A DNA stretch of 64,000 nucleotides from positions 21,001 to 85,000 of the forward strand of contig CANJLG010000008.1 in assembly GCA_947475095.1 (NCBI GenBank). The letters are read 5' to 3'. A program made the translations under genes and the position numbers. The notes under the pieces are model-generated. The model ran no database searches. It saw only the letters and a program-made list of their open reading frames with translations, and was not told where the DNA came from. This DNA comes from Flavobacteriales bacterium. GTDB taxonomy: Bacteria; Bacteroidota; Bacteroidia; Flavobacteriales_D; Crocinitomicaceae. This document shows, in pieces, positions 49,898-58,498 of this stretch. Within the stretch, counting starts at the first letter, position 1, and each line of letters starts with the position of its first letter.

Positions 49898-50666
49898 AAG
49901 ATTACATTACCAGATCTTTGGCGCTGGTTACACAACGGTTTATTTACATGGGTTTTTAGAATCTTCCACAATGTGGGAACCCTTAGATTTAGTTAATCAA
50001 CCTGGTAAACACCTGTTAATTGACCTGCCCGGACACGGAAAATCACCTTTAATTGACGATTCTGATTCGCCTTCCATTCGCTTTATGGCTGAAGAGGTGG
50101 TGCGTGTCTTGAAAGAACTAAACATCAAAGAATACCGTGTTATTGGACATAGTATGGGGGGATATGTTGCCTTGGAGCTATTTAACATGCGTTTAGAAAC
50201 CACTTCTATACTGCAGCACGTAACCTTAATGAACTCAAACTGTTGGGAAGATAATGACATTAAAAAAGGGGAGCGCTTAAAAATTGTTCGGATTGCCTAC
50301 AAAGCAAAAGACCTTTTTATTAACGAAGTGATTCCTAATCTTTTTGCACGAGCACACGATTTTTATCCTCAAATTGAAGCCCTGAAAAAAGAAGCTAAAG
50401 AGATAAGTTCAGACTCCATTGCATACGCTACATTAGCTATTCGTAACCGAAACGATTACACAGCTTTAGTTTTGTCTAATCCGGAGTGTTTTACATTTAT
50501 TCATGGTGCCTTGGATAGTTTGGTCAGCATGGATGACATTCAATTGCGCTTAGTCTTACCTAAGGGACCCTCTCCAAAAATTATCATTATCCCCTCGGCT
50601 GGTCATATGGCGCACTGGGAAACGAAAAAAGAACTTTTAGATATTCTTTATCCAGATCCTAAATAA
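49890..50666 (+). CDS. Alpha/beta hydrolase
   Basis: LHGF, DLPGHG, GHSMGG nucleophile elbow, G.LD, AGHMAH. Confidence 0.9.
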   Translation: MAKRLHYQIFGAGYTTVYLHGFLESSTMWEPLDLVNQPGKHLLIDLPGHGKSPLIDDSDSPSIRFMAEEVVRVLKELNIKEYRVIGHSMGGYVALELFNMRLETTSILQHVTLMNSNCWEDNDIKKGERLKIVRIAYKAKDLFINEVIPNLFARAHDFYPQIEALKKEAKEISSDSIAYATLAIRNRNDYTALVLSNPECFTFIHGALDSLVSMDDIQLRLVLPKGPSPKIIIIPSAGHMAHWETKKELLDILYPDPK

Positions 50667-50875
50667 AATAAGATTACAGTTTTAACCCTGAACTCTTCGC
50701 ATTGAAGAAATACTGCAGTGAGCTTAAGAACAATCTACAAGCGCTTAGATAGCTATGAGTTATTAAAAAGAGAGCCTAAGCCAGTAGCAAAAGATACTGA
50801 TATAAGCCTAGATGATTACCTAGCACTCAGTAAACGCCAAAGAAAAAAGTATTTAAGGTTTAAATAAAGGGTTTA

Positions 50876-50968
50876 TTATTTCCGCAAGATAACAAAGTAA
50901 ATAAGTACAAATGCCATAAAAAGTTTTATCCAATGATCCCCCAAAAATTTTATTAATTCATTTCCCAT
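50876..50968 (-). CDS. Putative 30-aa single-pass membrane peptide (MGNELIKFLGDHWIKLFMAFVLIYFVILRK)
   Basis: Read by hand; below the ORF-track cutoff. ATG to tandem TAA TAA, hydrophobic core, basic C-terminus, TATATTTA just upstream. Confidence 0.4.
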   Translation of the reverse strand: MGNELIKFLGDHWIKLFMAFVLIYFVILRK

Positions 50969-51139
50969 AACGTAAATATAGTAAAAAACAGCAAATTAAA
51001 TAAATAAAACTATGCCTTTTGAATTAAGCGATCCAAAAACAAATAGATTAGGCTGGCCAGCAGGCTGCATGAATAAGATCTCACGCATAAGCCTTGAAGT
51101 ATGAAGAAATTTTGAAAGAACTAAAAGATAAAAACAAGG

Positions 51140-51160
51140 AAAAAAAAGGGCGCCCCTTTG
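51140..51160 (-). terminator. Possible intrinsic terminator downstream of the Gly-rich T9SS gene
   Basis: Minus strand AAAGGG-GCG-CCCTTT running into a T-tract, about 65 nt after the stop. Weak stem. Confidence 0.4.
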
Positions 51161-51224
51161 TAAAGATTACCCTGAATTCGTATTGATAGCTTCGAATATA
51201 AAAAATAAGAAGAACAACGCTAGT

Positions 51225-53564
51225 TTATAACTTAATAATCCTAACCGTTTTAATGCCACTTTGATTGTAAGCATTAACAAAGTAAATGCCCTGAGGAACA
51301 CTTAGTTCGATAGACACTTCCTTTTGATTGTTCACAACTGATTGACGAACCAATCGACCACCCATATCCGTGATAGACAGTTCTCCGGTGAATGCAGCCT
51401 CAAAAGCAATATTTACTTGATTCACCACAGGATTTGGAAACACAGTAAAGGATGCTGAAGACAACTCATCTATTCCGACATTTGTAATCGTAATGCAGTT
51501 GGAGGTGTCAGAGCAACCGTTGCTATTTGTGCTTATTACCGCATAACTACCATTTTGACTAGCAGTAAAAGATGAACTGTTGGCTCCGGGAAATGCTGAG
51601 CCCGTAGTGCAATTTATCCACTGATAAGTTAAACCTGTATTGGCTGAGCTGAGTAATAGAAGCGAATTGTTAGGACTCACTGAAATAACATTGCCCACTT
51701 GCTCGATGGTTAAATTAAGAGTAACAATACTATCGCATCCCTGTGCATTGGTATAGGTTGCAAGGTAGCTACCCGCCTGTGTATAAACTTGTCCATTAAA
51801 CGAAAACTGAGATCCCTGACAGATGGTTTCGTTCAAATTCGTTTCTTGGATGGCACATCCAATATAAACAAAATCAGTATATATTGTATTGGACAAGGTG
51901 TCCACCTGAGCAGAAATCGTAGAATAACCAGCCGCTCCGCTAACAAAAGAAGATGGATTAGTACTAGAAACTGAAGCTAATGTGGGCGTATTAAATCCCC
52001 ACGATACCGAAGATGCGCCCAAAGCCTCCACTTGCATGCTGGCGTTCGAACAAAGAGCGTAAGTACAATGTATCACCGGTTGAGCTTGTAAATTAAAGTT
52101 TGCATTTTGAACCAGTAAAGTGTCTCCGCTAGCCATATAAACTGGCAAACTTATACCATTAGCGCCATCACCGCCCTTTCCGCCTGCGCCTCCTGCACCG
52201 CCAGCACCGCCAGCACCACCATCACCAATTTCACTACTGCATGCCGCTTGAATACCCGCTCCACTGCCTCCGTTTCCGCCAGCACCACCATTGCCACCCA
52301 CTCCACCTGACCCTAAGTTTCCCGCTTGAACGAAACAATCAACCATACTTCCATTGGGGCCATTAACATTGATGTAAATTCCAAAGGAAGAACCTCCTCC
52401 ATAACCGCCTGTTCCACTCGTTCCACCCTGACCTCCGCCACCGCCTCCAGACCCACCATTTCCTGGGCCGTTATCACACAAACTACAAGTCTGTCGACCA
52501 CCGCCACCACCACCGCCACCGCCAGATCCACCACAACCGTCTAAGCCTGTTGCTCCTTGATTGCCCGGCATCCAGAAACCGCCAGAATGTTGACCTTGAG
52601 ATCCATTAGCGCCTTGAGCTCCAACTAAACCAGACAAACCGTTACCGCCACTGGTTCCATTTCCTCCAGGATCGCCGTCATTTCCCTTTATGCCTGAAGT
52701 GCCTCCATTGTTACAAGCAGAAGCGCCACCCAAACCACCATTTCCGGCGTTATTTGAATAACATTCGTCTCCACCAGCGCCGCCACCACCACCGCCGCCA
52801 CCGTTTCTAGCCGTTCCGACTGTTCCGGCAGCGCCCGGGTTTTGCGCGTTATTTTGATTCGGGCCACCTGAACCACCTACCATTCCACTTGCGCCTGCGC
52901 CACCTAGGCCTCCACTTGCCCCGGCATTACCATTTCCGAAAGTACACGATCCACCATCACACGAACCAGAATTTCCCAATGATCCATTGTTGCCATTGGC
53001 CCCAGCGACTCCATTTGTACCTGAAAACCCAGCACTTGCATGACCAGTAATAAATTGACAACGAACCAAATTATAAGCAGAACAGCTGTCCATATAAAGC
53101 GCATAAGTGCTCACACCAAAAGGTGCATTTGCGTTTGATGCGGCTGCACTCTGGGTTTGAATCGTTAAATCTTGAAATCGAAAACCTGTATTACTCACTA
53201 ATTCCAGTGCAGAAATACGCGGACTGTTCGCTGGCCCTGAGGGATTTGTATTGCTTCGATAAATCGTTGTGGCACCAGCCAAACTTGTTTTTGTCCAAGC
53301 AAGCGTATCTATAAATCCACCTTCAACTACTACGTTTTGGCCCGCTAAAGATAAGGGCGCGCTTATAAAATAGGTTCCAATTGCCATTCTAATATAGCTT
53401 CCCGAAGAGGCCGTTGTAAAGGCGGTGACCAAATCCATGGGGTCATTCATGGTTCCAATCGAAGTTGCTTGTCCTGTTGGTGTTACATATAGTATTTGAC
53501 ATTGCGAAAAAGCAATGTTATTAACCAATACAGCAAAAATTATGTATAGTAATCCTTTTTTCAT
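51225..53564 (-). CDS. T9SS type A secreted protein with long glycine-rich domain
   Basis: Signal peptide. N-terminal LYV.P.G...G....P motif. About 300 aa Gly/Ala/Asn/Ser-rich region, GCDS Ig-like repeats, C-terminal VFPNPV...GIYFV...IIKL. Confidence 0.85.
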   Translation of the reverse strand: MKKGLLYIIFAVLVNNIAFSQCQILYVTPTGQATSIGTMNDPMDLVTAFTTASSGSYIRMAIGTYFISAPLSLAGQNVVVEGGFIDTLAWTKTSLAGATTIYRSNTNPSGPANSPRISALELVSNTGFRFQDLTIQTQSAAASNANAPFGVSTYALYMDSCSAYNLVRCQFITGHASAGFSGTNGVAGANGNNGSLGNSGSCDGGSCTFGNGNAGASGGLGGAGASGMVGGSGGPNQNNAQNPGAAGTVGTARNGGGGGGGGAGGDECYSNNAGNGGLGGASACNNGGTSGIKGNDGDPGGNGTSGGNGLSGLVGAQGANGSQGQHSGGFWMPGNQGATGLDGCGGSGGGGGGGGGRQTCSLCDNGPGNGGSGGGGGGQGGTSGTGGYGGGSSFGIYINVNGPNGSMVDCFVQAGNLGSGGVGGNGGAGGNGGSGAGIQAACSSEIGDGGAGGAGGAGGAGGKGGDGANGISLPVYMASGDTLLVQNANFNLQAQPVIHCTYALCSNASMQVEALGASSVSWGFNTPTLASVSSTNPSSFVSGAAGYSTISAQVDTLSNTIYTDFVYIGCAIQETNLNETICQGSQFSFNGQVYTQAGSYLATYTNAQGCDSIVTLNLTIEQVGNVISVSPNNSLLLLSSANTGLTYQWINCTTGSAFPGANSSSFTASQNGSYAVISTNSNGCSDTSNCITITNVGIDELSSASFTVFPNPVVNQVNIAFEAAFTGELSITDMGGRLVRQSVVNNQKEVSIELSVPQGIYFVNAYNQSGIKTVRIIKL

Positions 53565-53601
53565 ATCCGTAAATTTTCAATAAATATACACAATAAATGT
53601 G

Positions 53602-54288
53602 TTATTCTGCATTGATGATCTCATGCAGCCATCCATCAACCGTCTTTGCATCATCTATGGAGCAAGGCCCTGATTTTGTTCTTCTTAAAGTCGTTAAGGT
53701 TGCGCCAGCGCCTAATTTCTTTCCAAAATCATGGGCAATGGATCGAATATAGGTTCCTTTGGAGCAACTAATAGAAAAAGATATTTGTGGAAATGCGCTT
53801 GCGTCTATTGAAAAATGCTTAATATTTATTTTATTAGGCTTTAATACTAGCTCTTTTCCTTCTCTAGCATAATCGTAAGCGCGTTTTCCATTGATTTTTT
53901 TGGCTGAAAAGATAGGTGGAATTTGTTCCTGCTCCCCTAAAAATGTTTGCCTAACCAACTCAATTGCCGCTAAACTAATCGAAGACAGATCGAACTCTTG
54001 GTCAAATTCGGTTTCTAAGTCATATGAAGGTGTTGTTTTTCCAAGCAGAATGATTCCTGTATATTCTTTGTCTTGACCAATTAAATCATCGATTAACTTG
54101 GTGTTTTTTCCCGTGCAAATAATTAATAGGCCCGTGGCTAATGGGTCAAGGGTGCCGGCATGGCCCACTTTAATGTTTTTTATCTTAAGCTTTTGTTTTA
54201 TATTCCAACGGATTTTATTCACAACATCGAACGACGTCCATCCTATAGGTTTGTCAATCAATAATGTTTCGCCAGAGATAAAATCCAT
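53602..54288 (-). CDS. truB: tRNA pseudouridine(55) synthase
   Basis: DKP.GWTSFDVV, KVGHAGTLDPLATG, CSKGTYIRS. Start moved to ATG 54288. Confidence 0.96.
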   Translation of the reverse strand: MDFISGETLLIDKPIGWTSFDVVNKIRWNIKQKLKIKNIKVGHAGTLDPLATGLLIICTGKNTKLIDDLIGQDKEYTGIILLGKTTPSYDLETEFDQEFDLSSISLAAIELVRQTFLGEQEQIPPIFSAKKINGKRAYDYAREGKELVLKPNKINIKHFSIDASAFPQISFSISCSKGTYIRSIAHDFGKKLGAGATLTTLRRTKSGPCSIDDAKTVDGWLHEIINAE

Positions 54289-54289
54289 G

Positions 54290-55099
54290 TTAGCGCAGAA
54301 AATAAATAAGCAGTGAACAGCCAATAAGTACCCTGTACCATCCCCAAACTTTAAAGCCATACTTGTGTAAAAATCCCAAGAAAAACTTAATGGCTAGTGC
54401 AGCAATTAAAAACGCAATGATATTGCCCACTATAAAAAATTGCGTGTTTTGTTGGGAAGATAAAATCATGTCAATCCCAGTTTGATGAGTTCCTTTATAC
54501 GTCCAATCCTTTAAAAATAAAGAGTAGCACGTGACGGCAAACATCGTGGGTACCGCTAGAAAAAAACTAAATTCTGCCGCGGCCTTGCGGGAAAGCCCTT
54601 GTTGCATACCACCAATTATTGACGCCGCAGAGCGACTCGTTCCCGGCATCATGGCTAAGCATTGCCAAAGACCAATTTTAACCGCACCGAGCTTTGAAAC
54701 ACTGTCTACCGAATCGAATCGTGGATGATTAAACAAGCGATCTATAAAAAGGAGGACCACACCTCCTAAAATTAACATTAAAGCAATCGGTATTGGTTTT
54801 TCTAGAACGGCTTCTATTTTATCGTCGAAAAGTTTTCCTAGAACTAGGGCGGGGATAACACCAATAATCAATTTTAAATAAAATTGTGGAGAACTAAAAT
54901 TAAAAAATCGACGCCAGTACAAGGATACAACGGCTAAAATTGCACCAAACTGAATAGACACTTGAAACATTTTCACAAATTCATCGCTTTCAATTCCAAA
55001 GATAGAACTCGCGAAAATCATATGTGCGGTACTGGAAACGGGTAAAAATTCCGTTATTCCTTCTATAATCGCTAAAATAATCGCTTCACTTAGTGTCAT
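54290..55099 (-). CDS. uppP: Undecaprenyl-diphosphatase (BacA)
   Basis: EGITEFLPVSSTAH, IQFGAILAV, PGTSRS, AAEFSFFLAVP. Confidence 0.96.
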   Translation of the reverse strand: MTLSEAIILAIIEGITEFLPVSSTAHMIFASSIFGIESDEFVKMFQVSIQFGAILAVVSLYWRRFFNFSSPQFYLKLIIGVIPALVLGKLFDDKIEAVLEKPIPIALMLILGGVVLLFIDRLFNHPRFDSVDSVSKLGAVKIGLWQCLAMMPGTSRSAASIIGGMQQGLSRKAAAEFSFFLAVPTMFAVTCYSLFLKDWTYKGTHQTGIDMILSSQQNTQFFIVGNIIAFLIAALAIKFFLGFLHKYGFKVWGWYRVLIGCSLLIYFLR

Positions 55100-55108
55100 G
55101 GAGCCGAC

Positions 55109-55477
55109 TTACTTTTTTGACTTTTTAGAGTAGGTGTGTTTTGGTGTTGTATTGGACTCTACGGGTGTTTGAGCCTGTATTTTTTCGGGTGTTTTTTGCG
55201 CTTGCAGGACATCGACATCTGCCTTAACACCTTTGTCTACCGGTGCTTTTTCTTTTTTCATGATAGAATAAAGTATTACAATGTAGCCCGCTACAATTAG
55301 CATTGGAGCTATTGTAATTCTTACCGTACTAAATAATTCGTTTGCGTTAAACGTATTGAGGTCATCCGACCCTCCTCCAATCATTAGTAAAAACCCTAAA
55401 ATGTTAAGCCCTAAGCCTATTAAAAGGATTTTGTAGTTCTTCGGCTGAAAACCAATGTGTTTTATCGGACTATTCAT
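55109..55477 (-). CDS. DUF3098 family membrane protein
   Basis: NY......G......GF.LM.GG.S, F...RITIAP. Conserved ftsX-DUF3098-uppP-truB order. Confidence 0.85.
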   Translation of the reverse strand: MNSPIKHIGFQPKNYKILLIGLGLNILGFLLMIGGGSDDLNTFNANELFSTVRITIAPMLIVAGYIVILYSIMKKEKAPVDKGVKADVDVLQAQKTPEKIQAQTPVESNTTPKHTYSKKSKK

Positions 55478-55482
55478 TTTAT

Positions 55483-56367
55483 TTAATATAAATCATCTAA
55501 TTTAATACGAAGATACTTGTTTAATGCAAACCAAGTTGATATGAACGTAATAAAAATTCCTAGTGACATTTGGAAAGCAATAATAATCAATAATACTCTC
55601 CATGAAAAGACAATTTCAATAGCATCTAAGATATTATTTAAACCATAAGAAACAGATATAAGCAGGCCAAAAGCAAGGAGGGATGCTATGAAGCCCTGCA
55701 GAGCAGCTTGGAATAGGTAGGGCCGGCGAATATACCCCCTTGTTGCGCCTACCAAAGTCATTGTTTTTATTGTAAATCTTTTAGAATATAAAGACATTCT
55801 AATAGTGTTGTTTATCATCGCGACGGCAATAATAATTAATAATAGGGCTAAAAATAAAAACAGGAGAATAAATTGCTGAAAACCAGAATTTACATTTTCT
55901 ACACTTGATTCATCATAATTAACCTCTATTATTTGTTGAGGATACGATTTTAAGAGTTTCAGTTTAATGTTTTTCATGCCGGTTTTATTGGCAAATTTCT
56001 CGTTAGGAGAGAAGCAAAGTGATGGAGGAATTGGATTTTCTCCATCAAAAAGCTGTTTGATGTCTTCTTTTCCAACATCTCCAAATTCTTGCAAAGCTCT
56101 TTCCGATGAAACAAACCAAATACTTTTAAATTCTGGCCAAGATTTTAACGATAGCTCGACTTGTTTTATGCTGGCATCATTCATTTCAGCACTAAAAAAA
56201 ACATCACCTTGTAAACTTTCTTTTGCCTGTATTTGAGCCGCATTTATTCCGATGGCACCCGCAAAAATAATTCCTATTACAAATAAGACCAGAGACATCC
56301 CAACGGTTGTTGAAACATAACTTGTTCTAACGCCTCTTTTCGTGAATTTTTCAATTGATTTTGACAT
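55483..56367 (-). CDS. ftsX: Cell division permease FtsX
   Basis: G.NP.P.S, INNTIR...YSKRFTIKTM.LVGAT..YI.RP. Confidence 0.92.
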   Translation of the reverse strand: MSKSIEKFTKRGVRTSYVSTTVGMSLVLFVIGIIFAGAIGINAAQIQAKESLQGDVFFSAEMNDASIKQVELSLKSWPEFKSIWFVSSERALQEFGDVGKEDIKQLFDGENPIPPSLCFSPNEKFANKTGMKNIKLKLLKSYPQQIIEVNYDESSVENVNSGFQQFILLFLFLALLLIIIAVAMINNTIRMSLYSKRFTIKTMTLVGATRGYIRRPYLFQAALQGFIASLLAFGLLISVSYGLNNILDAIEIVFSWRVLLIIIAFQMSLGIFITFISTWFALNKYLRIKLDDLY

Positions 56368-56371
56368 ACTT

Positions 56372-56379
56372 CAAAAGTA
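56372..56379 (-). promoter_or_regulatory. -7 element TACTTTTG for ftsX operon
   Basis: Exact TAnnTTTG on the minus strand, 4 nt before the ftsX ATG. Confidence 0.6.
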
Positions 56380-56450
56380 TTTAAAAAACCTTTGGCTTAC
56401 CTTTATAACCTGACGAGTAATCAACGATGAATTGTTTGTTATTTAATTCT

Positions 56451-58367
56451 TCATTTGGCGTCAACCCAATCACCATTCTCTTTAATTAAATCAATTAAAG
56501 CTTGAACCGCTTCTGATTCGTTAATGTTTTTTCGGACAACCGTTTTTTCTTTATATAAATGAATCTTTCCCGGTCCCGTACCCACATAACCATAATCTGC
56601 ATCCGCCATTTCTCCAGGGCCATTTACAATGCAGCCCATTATTCCAATTTTTAAGCCCTTTAAATGTGCTGTTCTAGCACGTATTTTTGCGGTTGTTTCT
56701 TGCAAGTCGAAAAGGGTCCTTCCACAAGAAGGACAAGAAATGTATTCTGTTTTTGAAATTCTTGTTCGTGTCGCTTGTAAAATTCCAAATGTCGTAGAGT
56801 TGATAAATGTATGGGCTTGAGTAGCAGATATCCATAATCCATCACCAAAGCCATCAATAAGTGATGATCCTAGGTCGCTAGAAACGCCGATTTGAAATGT
56901 TTCTTGGTCTGATTCTTCCGATTCAATGAATAGAATTATGGGGGCTTTTATCTCTAATTTCGCAACATTACAATATAAATTGCGGAAAAAGTGCGTGTTC
57001 TGGACGGCTACTCCTTTTGCAACTAGTACCAAATTAGGATACTCTGCCATCGCTTCACTTAGTTCGCTTGAGCTTGTAATAAAACAAAACGCCCGTTGAT
57101 TTTGGGGTAATTCAAAAAGATTTTTAACTGTAATTACAGGATAAAACCCTTCCTTGCTGGAATAATTTTTTTTCCAATTTTCTAAAGAACACAAGGTCCC
57201 CAATGTTCCAGGTAGTTCAAAACTCAGGGAGTTTTCTCCAATATATACATAATCAGCCGCCTGATCCTGCAAATGCCACTTATCTAATTGAATAGAATAA
57301 TTATATCCAATGGCGTAAAGATTTGCGGGGGTAATTATTCCTTTTTTAGAAAAATCAGCTATTACAACGGGTACATTTTTACCTCCGATATTGTGGACCG
57401 TTTTACTTTCTCTTCTATTATATTCAAATGGGCTATATGGAAGCTTATTGAATGGTGTGTTTATGCTTGTTGACGATTGGGAATAGTAGTCTACTAATTT
57501 CTGAGCTACAGGAATTTCGTGCTCTGGTTCTTCGGTTAGTGATACGCGAATGGTGTCCCCAATGCCATCAGCCAAAAGCGCCCCAATTCCAACGGCAGAT
57601 TTAATTCTTCCGTCTTCTCCGTCCCCAGCTTCTGTAACGCCTAAATGCAGTGGGTAATACCTATTATTCTTTATCATTTCTGAACACAACAATCGATAGG
57701 CCTGAACCATAACAAGAGTATTACTTGCTTTCATCGAAACAACAAGTTGATAAAAATTGTTTTTTTCGCAGATACGTATAAACTCCATTGCGGACTCCAC
57801 CATTCCTTGTGGTGTATCACCATAACGACTTAATATTCTGTCAGAAAGAGATCCATGGTTGGTTCCAATGCGCATTGCTGTACCGTGTTTTTTACACAAT
57901 ATAACTAGCGGTGTGAATTTCTCTTCGATCCGGTTCAATTCATCATTATAGGTGTGGTCGGTATAATTAATTTCTTCAAATTTCTTTTTATCAGCATAAT
58001 TACCTGGATTTACCCTCACCTTTTCTACAATTGTTGAAGCAATCTCTGCCGCATTTGGTGTAAAATGAATGTCTGCTACCAATGGCGCAGAATAACCCGC
58101 TTCCCTTAACCGTTTCTTTATTTCTCTTAGATTTTCCGCCTCTTTCTTGCTTGGAGCAGTAAGTCTAACTATTTCGCAACCCGCCGTAATCATACGAATA
58201 GATTGGGCAACAGATAAATCAGTATTCATAGTATCTGTAGTGGTCATCGATTGAATGCAAATGGGGTTTTCTCCTCCCATTTGTATATTGCCAACCACAA
58301 CCTCCCTAGTTGGAAGACGTTTCCTTTCAAATAAATCTACACAATACTTTATATCTTCAATAAACAT
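56451..58367 (-). CDS. ispG: HMBPP synthase, long (three-domain) form
   Basis: QSMTTT, ADIHF, RVNPGN, RIGTNHGSLS, HLGVTEAG, CPSCGR, MGCIVNGPGE, plus a central insertion. Confidence 0.96.
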   Translation of the reverse strand: MFIEDIKYCVDLFERKRLPTREVVVGNIQMGGENPICIQSMTTTDTMNTDLSVAQSIRMITAGCEIVRLTAPSKKEAENLREIKKRLREAGYSAPLVADIHFTPNAAEIASTIVEKVRVNPGNYADKKKFEEINYTDHTYNDELNRIEEKFTPLVILCKKHGTAMRIGTNHGSLSDRILSRYGDTPQGMVESAMEFIRICEKNNFYQLVVSMKASNTLVMVQAYRLLCSEMIKNNRYYPLHLGVTEAGDGEDGRIKSAVGIGALLADGIGDTIRVSLTEEPEHEIPVAQKLVDYYSQSSTSINTPFNKLPYSPFEYNRRESKTVHNIGGKNVPVVIADFSKKGIITPANLYAIGYNYSIQLDKWHLQDQAADYVYIGENSLSFELPGTLGTLCSLENWKKNYSSKEGFYPVITVKNLFELPQNQRAFCFITSSSELSEAMAEYPNLVLVAKGVAVQNTHFFRNLYCNVAKLEIKAPIILFIESEESDQETFQIGVSSDLGSSLIDGFGDGLWISATQAHTFINSTTFGILQATRTRISKTEYISCPSCGRTLFDLQETTAKIRARTAHLKGLKIGIMGCIVNGPGEMADADYGYVGTGPGKIHLYKEKTVVRKNINESEAVQALIDLIKENGDWVDAK

Positions 58368-58498
58368 CGTTTTTTACTTAATTATCAGGACAAAGTTAAT
58401 CAATACTTTATTTATTTTACATGTATTCCGTGTACTTATCACCTTTGGATTTTAATGTCATTATCAAAATAAAATCCTTATTGCTACTCAATATAAAA

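Noticed and set aside
52150..53040. Collagen, or horizontally acquired PE_PGRS gene
   Set aside because: No sustained Pro-rich Gly-X-Y register and no PE domain. The high GC is explained by Gly/Ala codons, and the protein has a native T9SS CTD.
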